Positions 25,111 through 38,236 of a stretch of 64,000 bases of DNA are shown piece after piece. Under the pieces are notes generated by a model. That model was not told where the DNA came from, ran no database searches, and saw nothing but the letters and a program-made list of their open reading frames with translations. A program made the translations under genes and the position numbers. The DNA comes from Octopus sinensis. Taxonomy: Eukaryota. Location of the stretch: assembly GCF_006345805.1 (NCBI RefSeq), contig NC_043015.1, positions 27,652,001 to 27,716,000 on the forward strand, in the 5' to 3' direction. Position 1 is the first letter of the stretch, and every line of letters begins with the position of its first letter.

Positions 25111-25654
25111 AGACCCGTTGAGGCAAGTGAAATCAAAATCAAAATCAAAATCAAATCAAAATCAATTCGATGACTGGCATCTGTGCTAGCGGGATGCAAA
25201 GAGCCTCATACGAGTGTGATCATTGACAGAGCGGCTATTCAAGTATGATCGTTTCCAGCATCACCTTACTGGCACTCATGCCTGTGCTAGTAGGGTGCCA
25301 AGAGCACCATCCAAGCGTGATCGTTGCCAGAGCAGCCAACTGGCTTCCATACCCTTGGCATGTACAAGGGCACCATTCAAACGTGATCGTTACCAACGTC
25401 GCTTTACTGGCACCTGTGCCAGTGGCACATGTAAAAAAGTTTGAGCGAGGTCATTGCCAGTACCGCCTGACTGGCCCCCATGCCAGTGGCATGTAAAAAG
25501 CACCCACTACACTCTCGGAGTGGTTGGCGTTAGGAAGGACATCCAGCTGTAGAAACTCTGCCAGATCAAGATTGGAGCCTGGTTCACCAGCCCTCAGTTA
25601 AAATCGTCCAACCCATGCTAGCATGGAAAGTGGATGTTAAACGATGATGATGAT
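25111..25654 (+). mobile_element. Distal 3' UTR of the same RTE family in + orientation, (GAT)n tail
   Basis: gacccgttgaggcaagtgaaatc... matches the uninterrupted UTR at 40950-41528. Confidence 0.9.
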
Positions 25655-26019
25655 ATTACTGCTTAACTGATACTGATTAGCTAACAGTACAAGTATCAGT
25701 GGTCAAGTGTATAAAAATATACTTAACCTTAGCTTAGTAATAAAAATTTCTAGTTTGAGCCATCAGGTATCATGTAGACATCCAAGGATAAGATACTTGA
25801 TGACCAGTAGGAATCAAACTGATCAAAATGTTGCATTGATTTGAATATTAAAAGTTATTGTCATCTTTAAAAATGAGGTCAGTAATCTTTCAAATTATTA
25901 GCTTCAGGTATAATTACTGTAGCCTTGCAGATAATAATGGTTGTTGACAGCTGACACTTTCCATCATATCCAGCCAAATGAGCTGAGAGTTTTCATCTAA
26001 TAATGATAATAATCCTTTC

Positions 26020-26450
26020 TAATATAGGCACAAGGCTTGAAATTTGAGGGGAGAGGGAAATAACATCGACCCCAGTGTTTCACTAGTACTTAGTTTATCA
26101 ACCCTGAAAGGATGAAAGGTAAAGTCAACCTTGGTGAAATTTGAACTCAGAACATAAAGATGAATGAAATACTGCTAAGCATTTTACCCGGTGTGCTAAC
26201 AATTCTGCCAGTTCACTGCCTTAATAATAATAATGCTAATAATAATACTCTCTATTATAAGCACAAGGCATGAAATTTGGGGGAGGGACCAAGTTGAATA
26301 CATCAGTGTTTCACTGGTACTTAATTTATTGACCCCAAAAGAATAAAGGCGAAGTTGACCTGGGTGAAATTTGAACTCAAAATGTTGTGACAGGCACTAA
26401 TTATTTCATCCAGCATGCTAATGACTCTTCCAGCTCACCACCTTAATAAT
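26020..26450 (-). mobile_element. Two tandem SINE-like copies with (AAT)n ends
   Basis: Near-duplicate segments 26020-26230 and 26260-26460 (…gtgaaatttgaactca…). Confidence 0.6.
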
Positions 26451-26465
26451 AATAATGATAATAAA

Positions 26466-27730
26466 GGTCTCAGAAAATGACAAAGCAACCACACTCTGGG
26501 ATATGCCAATACATACAGATAGCAAAATCAAGGCTAATAGACTGGACGTAGTTGTCAGAGATCACCAAGAAAATAATGCCTTCTGATCAATGTATCAAGA
26601 CCAACAAATGGCAATGTATCTCTAAAAGAAATGGAGAAACTCTCAAAATACAAAGATCTGGAAATAGAGGTAACCCACATGTGGAGCCTAAAAGCAAACA
26701 ATCCCTGTAATAATAGGTGCATTAGATATGATTAAAAAACACTCAGACAAATACATAGCCAAAACAACAGGACTTACTAATGTATATAACATATAGAAAA
26801 TAGCACCACTAGTCACCACGCACATCCTACGTAAAGCACTTTCAATAATGTGAAATAAGTGCACCCCAACAAACCACAGCATATACCCAAGGCACACAGA
26901 GCTTTGGGTATAAGCTAAACACAAAAGAAATAGACCAAGTGAAATCCCAACAATGGCTGAAAAGCTCAAGACTCAAAGCAAAGACTGAAGGATTTTTAAT
27001 TGCAGCAGAAGATCAAAGCCTCCCTCCCAGAAATTACCAGACACACACAATGAAGAAAAATACAAGTAACTGCAAAATATGTAGTCATCAGAAGAAACAA
27101 TAAATCATATTGTCTCTGGCTGCCCAGTCCTGCCTAGGAAGTAATATATTCACATACATGACAGAGTTGGGATCTATATATGCTGGAAGCTATGCCAACA
27201 CTATGGAATGACAACAGAAAAACGATGGTATAGGTACATGCCAGAAAAGATCTTGGGAAATGGCAAAGCAACCATACTCGGAGATATGCCAATGCACACA
27301 GATAGAGAAATCAAAGCTAATTGACCAGATGTAGTTGTTAGAAATCACCAAGAAAATAAATGCCTTCTAATTGATGTATCAATATCAACAGATGACACTG
27401 TATCTCTAAAAGAAATGGAGAAACTCAAAATACAAATTTCTGGTAAGGTGACTTTGTGCTAACCCAAATGTGGAGCCTAAAAACAGAAAGAATTCCTATC
27501 GTAGTAGGCACATAAGATATGATTAAAAAACATCCAGACAAATACATAACTAAAATACCAGGACTTGTTAATCTACATAACATGCAAAAAATAGCACTAC
27601 TAAGTATCATGCACCTCCTACATAAAGCACTTTCAAAACAGTGAAAATAAGGGCACCACAACAAACTACAGCACATATCCAAAGCACACCTAGCTGTGCT
27701 GGGCAGTGTGATGGAATTATGTAATAAAAA
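26466..27730 (+). mobile_element. Two head-to-tail R4/Dong-clade LINE 3' fragments (restriction-enzyme-like endonuclease)
   Basis: LWDMPIHTD..IKAN.PDVVV.D...CLLIDVSI motifs, each followed by a 3' UTR. Confidence 0.75.
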
Positions 27731-27829
27731 TAAAATTATTGAATAGTAATAATCTTCTACATTTGCAAACTGTTTTTCTTTAAGGAATAGTTTTTATTCA
27801 GAGAAACAAAAGGAAATTGTAGAATGTTT

Positions 27830-28085
27830 AGTTAACAGTTTGGCCAGGAGAAACAAATTCTGTGTGGACAATTCCTATCGCATTGATGAAACAATTCACC
27901 ATCGTCTTGATATAGGACTTCACTTGACACACTTTTTTGAGATGTGGTGACATTGAATGCTTCCATTGATTTGATTGCTGCTTTATTTCCAGGTTGTAGC
28001 CATAGTGTCCACTTTCATTACTAGTGATGACTTTTGAAGAAAGGTCCAGATTAACTTCCAGCTGTTCTTTCAATTCACGACAAAC
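27830..28085 (-). mobile_element. Mariner catalytic-domain fragment
   Basis: GYNLEIKQQSNQWK...KKVCQVKSYIKTMVNCF...GIVHTEFVSPGQTVN. Confidence 0.75.
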
Positions 28086-28089
28086 ATTA

Positions 28090-28830
28090 ATAAAAGAACA
28101 CAAGGAAAAGAAAATAGTTTTCCCTACACACAAGGAGGCAACAAAATACAAAACAGAAACAAACTACACTAATACACTGATCTCATATGGCAACATAGCA
28201 AAAATGGTCAAAGAGACAAAGAACAACATAGAAACACAACTACAAAACATACTAAAGAAGAAATGGAGAGAAAAATCACTCCATGGCCAATACCCAGCAA
28301 GGCTTGACAGGGAAGAAGTGAGCACAGGTAAAAACTAACAAAAGCTCAGAATTAAAAGCTGAAACAGGGGGACTGATTCTCACTGCACAAGACCAATGCC
28401 TGACTACAAACAACTATAAAAGCAAAATAATGAAAACAGGTCAAATGCAGAATGTGCAACCAGCACAATGAGTCAGTTGAGCACATCTTTTCTGGCTGTA
28501 CAGTCCTTACCAAATCTGAATATATATATATAAACATGAATGAGTAAATAGTTATATCCATTGGACAATATGCCAACACTACAACATAAAAACTGATAAT
28601 AAATGGTATAAGCATGTGCCGAACAAGGTACATGACAACAACCAGGCCACAATCATATGGGATGTGTCTATTCAAACTGACAAAGAAATAAAAGCTAATC
28701 ATCCTGAAATAATAATCAAGGATTAGGAAAAAAGCACCTGGTTACTGATAGACATCGCAGTCCCTTCTGACCAAAGCTCAAAAAGAACTGGAGAAATTGT
28801 TAAAGTACAAATATCAAGTATGCCTCTTAG
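28090..28830 (+). mobile_element. Degraded R4/Dong LINE fragment
   Basis: KWREKSLHGQYP...ETGGLI..AQDQCL..CRMC..ESVEHI region. Confidence 0.7.
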
Positions 28831-28919
28831 GAAGAGGAAAGATTATCAGAAGGGTTTTGAGCATTTGAAAGATTATTGAGAACTTGTGAATATCTAAGGC
28901 TACAGGTAGTAACCTGTTA

Positions 28920-29310
28920 CCCCCATAAATTCTACCAGGAATAACACCAAACCTTAGTCAAGTTGAATGATAATAAACGGGTAAAAAAGTAAAGACCCTC
29001 TTCAGTTATGAGTGACCATGGGATTGCACCTAGAAAGTTACCCTCCAAGGCACAAGTCTGGTAAGGTTGTTTATGGAAAATCAGCAGTTGCCCATGCATA
29101 CCAGCCTCCTCTCTCCACACCACTAATATTGACAAAGGCCAGTACAGCTTGGCACCAGTGATGTCGCAACTAATTTCTACAGCTGAGTGAACTGGAGCAA
29201 CATGAAATAAAGTTTCTTACCCAAGAACATGACTCACAGCCCCGGTCTAGGAATCGAACTCATTACCTCATTATTGTGAACCTGAACTATAAGCACTGAG
29301 CAATTCACCT
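28920..29310 (-). mobile_element. tRNA-derived SINE
   Basis: Minus-strand B-box gagttcgattcct near 29250, followed by a SINE body. Confidence 0.6.
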
Positions 29311-29384
29311 TTACTTAATGATAAAAACAACACCAACAATATCAATAACAACAACAACAATAATAATAATGGTGATGATAATAA

Positions 29385-31500
29385 TAATAATAGTGCCGAT
29401 GTTGACAAAGCCCTTACTCATCAATGGTTAGTGTCTTCTGGCTTAAAATCAGAAACAAGAAGGGTTTATCATACGAGGGACGTTCAATAAGTAATGCCCC
29501 TGACCCACTTGCAGTTGTTTGATCTAGCTGAAATTTTGCATGTGCAATTATTTATATCTCTATAGATTAAGTAGCAAATTACAGCTCTGAATTAATTGTG
29601 GTTTCTGGTTTACAGGTATTTGAACTGAGTCAAGTGTGAAATGGAGCCTGTTGAGTGTCAAGCAGTGATCTGGTTTTTGTATTTGAAAGGACGCACACCA
29701 CAGGAGACTTTTGATGAAATGAAAGTAACTTATGGTGATGATGCCCCATCATATGACCTTGTAAAACGCTGGCATCGGGAATTCAAACATGGTCGGAACT
29801 CTGTGGAAACAGCTCCCAAATCTGGTCGCCCCCCTTCTGCCACTGATGAGGCATCTGTCCGTCAAGTTGAGGCTGCCATTTTGGAAGATCGACGCATAAC
29901 TATTCGCCAAATAGCCCATGAGGTCAAGATTAGTACTGGGTCTGTGGAAACTATCATTCATGACCATTTGCATATGCAAAAGGTGTCTGCCAGATAGATT
30001 CCCAGGTTGCTCACACCTTTCCAGAAGCAAGAACGTGTTGAGTGTTCGAGGACGAATTTGGAGATGTGCCAAGAAGATGAGTCAATTTTTCTAAAGACTG
30101 ATTACACAGGATGAAACCTGGGTCCATCACTATGATCCAGAGATCAAAGCCCAGTCAATGCAGTGGAAGCACCGTGACTCACCTCCTCCAAAGAAGGCAA
30201 GGGTACAGCCCTCCGCTGGTAAGGTCATGCTCACAGTCTTCTGAGACCAGGACGGAGTAGTGATGACAGATTTCCTATTATGCGTCACTTTTGAGGAAAT
30301 TAAGAGAAGCTATCAAAATCAAGAGGCGGGGCAAGATCAGCAAAGGCATCCTCCTCCTGCAGGACAATGCTCCGGTCCACAACTCGCGTGTCGCCAGATC
30401 AGAAGCACAGGTGTGTGGCTATGAACTCCTCCCCCATCCCCCCTACTCTCCTGACCTTGCACTCTCTGATTTTCACCTCTTCCCAGCCATGAGGTTGGTT
30501 TTGAAAGGAAAGCGTTTCCCAGATGATGCAGCCTTGATTTCTGAAGTCACGTCATGGTTGGAGGACCGAGCTGGGGTCTTCTACAAAAACGGTCTCCAGA
30601 GCTGCATCAAACGATGGGAGAAATGCGTAACTCTGGGTGGTTCCTATGTAGAAAAAGACTAATAACTGTGCCAAGTTTCGTTGCTCTACTGCTATGGGAA
30701 CCCAAGATCAATGCCTACCTACAAGGAACTACCAGGCCAACATATTAAAAAACAGCAGTAGCCCAACATGTCATGTATGTAAACAACAAAATGAAACCAT
30801 TGATTATGTTTCTCCATGTGCAGTCTTCTTGCACCCACAAAGTATCTGAACAGGCATGATAGCGCAGCATAGTATATTCACTAGACCTGCCCCATGATAA
30901 AAACTGGTGGGAACACAAACCACCTCCAGTTTTTGAAAATGATCACATCTCACTCCTCTGGAACTTCTCCATTCAAAGTGACAGAAAGATAGATGTGAAT
31001 AGGCCAGACATTATATTGAAAGACTTCTGTTAAAAATCATGCCTCCTCAATTGACATAAATGTATCTGTCAAGAACTACCAAAAACTGAGCAAGTATAAA
31101 GATCTTGAAATAGAAATTGGCAAAATGTGGAACCTCAAGAGTAAAACAATACCTGTTGTCATAGGTGCCCTCGGAATTAAAGAAAAAGGGGTTTATTCCT
31201 ACCTAGCTCAGATATCAGGAAACCCCAAAACAGCAGAAATTCAAAAGATAGTGCTCATGGGAATTGCTCATATCCTACGTAAAATACTGTCTATGTAATC
31301 TCAAATTTTAAAACAAACTTTAAATTTTTTAATATTCTCTTCAACATTCTCTAGAATAATACTATGTACAAAACCTAGGCATAACATGACACCCTAGGCA
31401 TAACACCTACATGAACTTCCAACTTGTTGTCTCTTGAGGTCTCTGGGTGAGACTTGGAGTCAACTTGTACAAATACAAAGCAAAAGTCAAACATATAATA
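29385..31500 (+). mobile_element. R4/Dong LINE 3' fragment split by the mariner (parts 29385-29473 and 30701-31500)
   Basis: HQWLVSSGLKSET.GFI before the mariner resumes as QDQCLPTRNYQ at 30701. Confidence 0.8.
29474..30700 (+). mobile_element. Young DD34D mariner, near full length, inactivated; 3' TIR lost
   Basis: TA|cgagggacgttcaataagtaatg TIR, ATG at 29641, DETWVHHYDP, QDNA-34 aa-D, YSPDLALSDFHLF; W-to-stop changes and an internal deletion. Confidence 0.93.
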
Positions 31501-31529
31501 ATAATGATAATAATAATAATAATAATTTC

Positions 31530-32885
31530 CTTAGCAGTACCAGTTGTTCTTTATAGCTTCAATGTGCTTAACTGGAATACCAGTGGAATAATGAAAATTG
31601 ACAGAAAAATCCGCAAGCTACTGACTTGTAATAAGATGCACCATCCAAAGGCAGACGTGGATCGCCTTTACCTTCCCAGAGTTCAGGGAAGTTGAGGTTT
31701 GATCCAGCTTGAACTTACTTACAAAACTACCACAAATACCTTGAAGCAATCAATGACTGGATGCTAAAACTTGTTGAAAAATACGAAACATCGAAAAAAC
31801 TTCACTCTATTCTCAAACAGAGCAAAAAATTCACTGCTGATTGATCAGGGTGAAGGGAATACGCTAACTTCAACTGCAAAGAAAATAAAATTAATTGCAA
31901 AGACAAAAGCACATGAAAATTTAGCTAGCAGATGGGAACAGAAACCTCTTCATGACAAGTATGTGGCCTGTAGCAAACAAGCTGATGTCGACCAGAAACA
32001 CACGCACCAATGGTTACGAAGCTCAGGGCTAAAAGCAGAGAGTGAAGGTTTCATATTAGCTGCTCAAGACCAAAACTTATTAACCCGGAACTACCAAGCC
32101 CATGTGATAAAAAATGGAGCTGACCCAAAATGCCGATTCTGTAACGATGAGATTGAAACAATAGACCGCCTAATCTCAGGGTGTAGAGTCTTAGTACCTG
32201 CAGAATATAAAGCAAGACATGACAGAGTCGGCCAGTATTTAAATTGGACAATATGTCGGTATTATAAAATCAAAACCGCTGACAAATGGTATAAACACTA
32301 TCCTGAAGTTGTGACTGAGGGAGAAAATGTGTCGATTCTATGGGACATCCCCGTACAGACCGACAAAACTATAAAAGCTAATAAACCGGATATTATTATA
32401 AAAGATCAGACAAAAAAGAGGTGAGTATCCCTTGCGATCACAATATAGCGGTGAAAGAATTTGACAAGATTAGTAAATATAAAGACTTGCTAATAGAAAT
32501 TGAAAAGATGTGGCATCTCAAGGCGACTTCAGTACCAGTGATTGTAGGATCTCTAGGAATGATAAAAAAATGGTACTGAAACCTATTTGAAAATGATTCC
32601 AGGCTTACCATCCCTACAGGAAGTGCAAAAAATCGTATTAACTGGAACGGCTCATGTACTGAGAAGAGCATTATCACTGTGAAAACAACATCCATCCATG
32701 AATTTATTTATTTATTTATTAATTTTTAAATACATATTTTATCTGTGAATTTGCGTGTGTAATCTGGGAATGCATACAATGAGCTTCTCTGCCCTAGGTG
32801 TGTGAAAAACACTCGGCGAGAAACGGAAGAAAACTTGAAGAAAGAAGGAAAAAACATAATAATAATGATGATGATGATGATAATG

Positions 32886-32918
<33 letters not shown>

Positions 32919-32930
32919 TAATAATAATAA
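31530..32930 (+). mobile_element. R4/Dong LINE 3' part with zinc-knuckle-like and REL endonuclease domains, (AAT)n tail
   Basis: ORF 31771-32424: CRFCNDEIETIDRLISGC, RHDRVG, LWDIPVQTDKTIKANKPDII. Confidence 0.88.
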
Positions 32931-32934
32931 TAAT

Positions 32935-34015
32935 CAGCTACACTGAGTGCATATCACAGTTCCAGCAAAATCAGTTATTCTCTAATTACCAGGAGAAATA
33001 CAGATGATAATACACCTCCTGAAGCAGAAGAAACCCACCAATTTTGGGATAACATCTAGGAGCAAGAAGTTTCCCACAAACACAGTGCTGACTGGATTCA
33101 TTCTATGAGCCCCAAACTCCATCACCTGGGGGCTCCACGATAAGCCCATGTGTGCATAAAGACCATGTCATTGCACAGGTATCAAAACTGCCAAACTGGA
33201 AAGCAGCAGGGTCAGACAGAATTCAAGGTTACTGGCTCAAGTGGTTTAGGTCAACACACAAGAGAATTGCATTGCAATTAAACAATTGCCTACAGAGTAG
33301 TACAGTTCTGGAGAGGATAGTAGAGGGGAAAACAACATTGATAATGAAAGATGGTCAAAGGGCAATAAGGTGGGCAATTACCAACCCACTGTTCATCTTA
33401 ACCTCCAATGGAAAGTATTAACAGGTATCATTAAAGAGAAAACAAAAAGGATGCTGAAAAGGATCTAAGGACACCAAGGACCACCTTCTGATAGACAACG
33501 TTATAATGAAGAACTGTAAATGGTACCAAAAAAACTTATGCATGGCGTAGGTAGACTTCAAAAAGGCTTACAGCATGTTGCTGCATTTGTGGATTTTGGA
33601 AACACTTGACACATGTGGAATAGCTGAGAATGTGTGTGCACTGATTAAGAACAGCATGCCTAGTTGGAAAACACATCTTTCCTGTAATAACCAGCACTTA
33701 GCTGAGGTAACAAGCAAAAGAGGTATCTTCCAAGGAGGCTTTTGTTCACCTATGTTATTTCTTACTCCTTTCTGTACTCCTACACAAAGTCAACGTGCAC
33801 TATGAGCCAAAAAAGAAGGGGCTTCATCTCAACCACCTTCTCTTCATGGATGATTTAAAATTGTTCGAAAAAACAGAGCCTGAAATGGAGAGGCTAGTTG
33901 ACACTGTGCAAATGTGCAGCAAGGATATAGGGATGGAGTTTGGTATCTCGAAGTGTGCGGTGCTTACTTTGAGGTGGAGGGAAAAGAGTAACTTGTAGGG
34001 GCATAGAATTGATCT
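32935..34015 (+). mobile_element. Degraded R4/Dong LINE RT fragment
   Basis: PNWKAAGSDRIQGYWLK, RGIFQGG..SPMLF, HLLFMDDLKLF, MEFGISKCA. Confidence 0.85.
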
Positions 34016-34029
34016 TTGATAGATTATTG

Positions 34030-34875
34030 CCAGGAAAAAATACACATAAAGGAAAGGCAAAAAATACATTTGAAGGAAATACAAAAAATATTATAAAACC
34101 TTTCAAAGTAATTTTTTCGAAGTTACTTTTAAAAATTACAAAAATGTTATAGAAGGTCGGGAGGTTGGCTGTGTAATCAAAAGATTAGGTAACATGATGT
34201 ATTTAATTAAAGGACAACATTCAGAACATAACAAACACCTTAGCCAGTTAAAGGTGAGACATACAGAAGAACAAAGGGTAATACCAATGGAAGTCTTCTA
34301 TGATGTGTTTGAAGTACCAGCAGTGAGAGATATTGAACCCCATATAACTAGCTTCAGAAAACGAAAACAGGCTCGATATCTGGAAGTAATACCTAAACGA
34401 AAAAAGTATTAAATTTTCAAAAAAGAAAAAGAGTGCTAACAAAGAGTGCTTTGTACAGTGAAAAGATTAAAAGTGCTATGTGCAAGGAACAATATTACCT
34501 TAAAAGTCGGGCAACAACTAAGATACAACAGCTAAAAAAAAAAAAAAGAGGGGGAGAGGTGCTGGAAAGAAAAAAGAAAAATAAAAGAAATTTCACTTTC
34601 TGACAGTAGTTGAAATCTCAAAAGAGATGTGATGAAAGATAAGTAAAATATAAATGGTCCAAGTAAAGTATAAATAGTAACAATCCGAGTGAGTTAAAAG
34701 GTTCAGAGTTTGGAGTCGAGTGAAGTTCATGTTAGTTCACAGTGAAACCAAAAGTTGCTTAGTTCACAAGGAATACTGATATGTTGATTTGTAAAGAGAT
34801 TTTTTTAGTTTGTTACATTGTTTTAACTGTTGTCTGGTTATCTTATTTATTGTGTGTAACAATTATGTTACAACA
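34030..34875 (+). mobile_element. Gypsy/Ty3-like LTR retrotransposon 3' end: integrase tail, PPT and 3' LTR (34560-34875)
   Basis: IKRLGNMMYLIKG...HLSQLK integrase-tail-like peptide, PPT gagggggagagg directly before TG, and an LTR ending ttacaaCA. Confidence 0.7.
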
Positions 34876-34918
34876 CTTATATAAATTCTTATATTTCACT
34901 TCCTTTTTTTTTTTACAG

Positions 34919-34973
34919 TGACTCTTCAAGTTGGATATCATAAAGTAGCACAGACCCAAAGCCAGATATTAAG
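34919..34973 (+). CDS. 55-nt internal exon (VTLQVGYHKVAQTQSQIL, phase 1 to 2)
   Basis: Long polypyrimidine tract ttccttttttttttacag, open frame, AG|gttaat donor, phase-compatible with both neighbours. Confidence 0.7.
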
Positions 34974-36289
34974 GTTAATTGTTATTTTCTATTTATAAAG
35001 TACAATATTGTTTTGAATTCTTTGAAATATCAATAAATTTAATATCATATACTTCCTATCTAATTTATTAGCATACATTTTTTCTACTTTTAACTTGCAT
35101 ACTGTTTGTGTATGAAGGTTATATACTGTAATGTATATGTAATGTGTATGTATATGCAAGTATATATAAGCTTAGTTTTATCACTTTCTTTGCTTTTTGA
35201 TTTCTTAAGCCAACCTTTTACAATGTTTTAATGGGAGTTTGAATCTTATGCCCACTCTGTTATTATTGATATTAATCAAACTAGTCATCTAGCACCACCA
35301 CCCCTACTGTGTTTAGGTCTGAACTTTTGCATGCATAAACTTTGTTGTTAACTTGATCAACAAGAACAACCAACAATAAAAGCAACACTGCAAAAGATTT
35401 TTATCTATACTTCAAACAACCTATCCCCACCCCCAAATTTGTAAATACGAATGAATACACACCTGGTTTTCCTTAGGGTATGCATTAATTTCTAACTACA
35501 AACTGCAGCACTAAATGTTATTCTAAGTCAATTAACAATTAGTGCATAATGAAGATATTGCTATAGTGGTCACAGTGAAAACAGTGTTACTGAGTGCATA
35601 GAAAAATGGACTCTTAATTACAATATACACTAGAAGTTCAAATTTAACATAGGCATGGCATTTTTCTTTTGGCTTCAGTTATATTTTAACTCATTTGAAA
35701 TCTAAGCGACACCTGATCTCGAAATACATGTATGTGCATATGTACACTGGCCATTGGTAAAATTTCTGTGTTCTTGCTTTACTTACATCCCTCTCTTCAA
35801 TGATAGTATACTGGCCATTGCTAAAATTTGTATGCATCTTGTTTTACTTATGTCTTGCTGTTTCCATGTCTCTCTCCCCAATAATAGTAAACTGACCATT
35901 GCTTGTCCACAATGTGCCCGCCCATTCTCACTCCCACCACCTATACCAGAAACACCTACAGGACTCTGCCTCACTTCTGTACCAGAAGACTTGCAAGCCT
36001 TCGTCCCTCCTTCCCTACTGCTAACAATCACCCATACTACTACATGCATCAAAAGGTGATATGTTACTTAGGAAATTATTAGTAAATTAACAAACCACCT
36101 ACCTCTTTCTCCCTATATATAATGGACTAACCAATAGCAGACCATTTATATAATTAATAAATTTATACATTGGCCTATTTATATTTGCAGCAGTAATGCT
36201 TATATTTACAATGCTACTCACTACCAACAGGGACAACAATTTTAACATGTTTAAATGGTGGTATGTTAAAACAAGACCAACTGATGTGA

Positions 36290-37790
36290 CATGTCTGTTA
36301 CCAAACGATCACTGAAACCGTCTTTTCAGGTGTCTAATACCATCTCTCCTGCCCATGTTCCCTCTTGCATCCCTTACCCAGTTCTCAGGGTTGGCACTGT
36401 TAATGTAGGCACATTAAAAAGTAGGTCTAGTGAGATTGCCGAGCTGCTTGAATGGACGTATGTTAATGTATGCTGCATCCAAGAGGTAAGGTGAAGAGGA
36501 GCTTCATCCAGGTTCCTCACAAGCAAGACACATAGGTATAAAATCTTTTGGAAAGGTAACAGTGATGGGGTAGGTGGTGTAGCCATACTTCTTGCAGAGA
36601 AATAGGTGGATAAGGTCATAGAGGTAGTCAGAGTGAGTGATAGAGTGCTTAAGCTCAGGTTAGTCTTGCAGAATAGCATAGCATCAATTATCCCTTCTTA
36701 TGCCCAACAAGCAGGCTTACTATATGAACAGAAGGACCATTTTTATGATATTCTCCTGCAGTCTACCTCTAAAATGATGACAAGGATCTCCTTTTTTGGC
36801 TGGGGACTTCAATGGGCATGTCAGACGGCAGCCTGATATTTTCTATGGTGTACATGCGGACCATGGAATTGGTTCACGAAATGAAGAGGGAACAAGGCTG
36901 CTGGAGTTTTGCGATGCAAATAACCTATTGATCTGCAACACCAACTTCAGGAAGCCGCCCAGCCACCTGATAACCTACCAACCATGTGGCTACATCAGCC
37001 AGATTAATTACATTCTCTCCAGGGAGTAGGATGCATGGTTGCTCTTAAATACAAAGACCCTCCTTGGTGAAGAATATATTCCCTAGCAAAGACTAGTCAT
37101 TAGTGAATTTAGACTCCAGGCCAGAAGGATGCCAGAAAGCAGACCAATCTGGAAAAGAAGGATTTGGAATCTTAAAGGCCCTTTATATGGTCAGAGATTT
37201 AGGGATATCCTAATTGAGAAATTTGATGAGAGTGAGGAGGAGCTACAAGCTTATGACATAGAGGGCAACTGGGAATTCCAGTGTGACAGCTTGCTGAGTG
37301 CCACAAACTAAATCTGTGGATGGTGTGAAGTTCCAACCAGACCTAGAGTAATGTAGTGATGGAATGATGTGGTAGACAAGGCCATTAGAATAAAGAAACA
37401 GGCTTAGAAGGACAGGAAGAGAGGCAGTAGTAGGGAACTGTATCAGATAGCCAGGAGGGAAGCTAGGAGACAGGTATATCTAGCCAAGGGAGAAGCAGAA
37501 AAGAAGTTTGCCTATGTTCAGCAATGCGAGTGAGGACCAAAGAACAGAAGTGTTTCAGATTGCAAGACAGTATGTTAGAGAAAACTGTGATGTCATAGGA
37601 GAGAAATATGTCCACATGAATGATAGTGCAACTTGCATTTAATGATTCTGCAAAGAAAGAGGCTTGGAAATGAATGTGGAGAATGAATGGGAGGAGGAAA
37701 GTCTGCCAAATCTTGACCCAATTGAGGGACCAAATCAACAGTACCTTGATAGATTAAGGATATGAAGACAGGGAAAAACCTCTATGCCTT
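36290..37790 (+). mobile_element. Older RTE LINE 5' part (APE endonuclease), many stops
   Basis: LRVGTVNVGTLK...CCIQEVR, AGDFNGHV, RLLEFCDANNLLICNTNFRK. Confidence 0.88.
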
Positions 37791-38236
37791 CCCTGCTACA
37801 CACCCAGAAGAGTTTGTACCTCTGTTCCATGCCTGTAATTGAAGTGTCTAGTAGAGACTTCTTTCCTTTTCACCTCTTGTACACAGTACACATCTATGTA
37901 TCTGCACTCAAACATTTCAACAATCTCACTTGACTGGTCTTTTGTTGAGCCTTTATTCAACATGGCAACCCTGTGGAAGCAGACTTCAGAAGAGTGGGAA
38001 GTATTTGGGATATTGGTTTAAATTTTTAAGAAGATACAACACCTGTAATTAGGTAATGAATCTTATGAAAATAGCTATTTATTTCTCAATTACTTACACA
38101 TTCCTTCAATCCTGTCAAGGGGGCATCAATGGTGAGTATATGTATGACATGTATGCAGGCATATTTACACACATCCCTACATATACCAATGACTAACAAT
38201 AATCTATATATGTACACACATATTCCACCATAGCCA

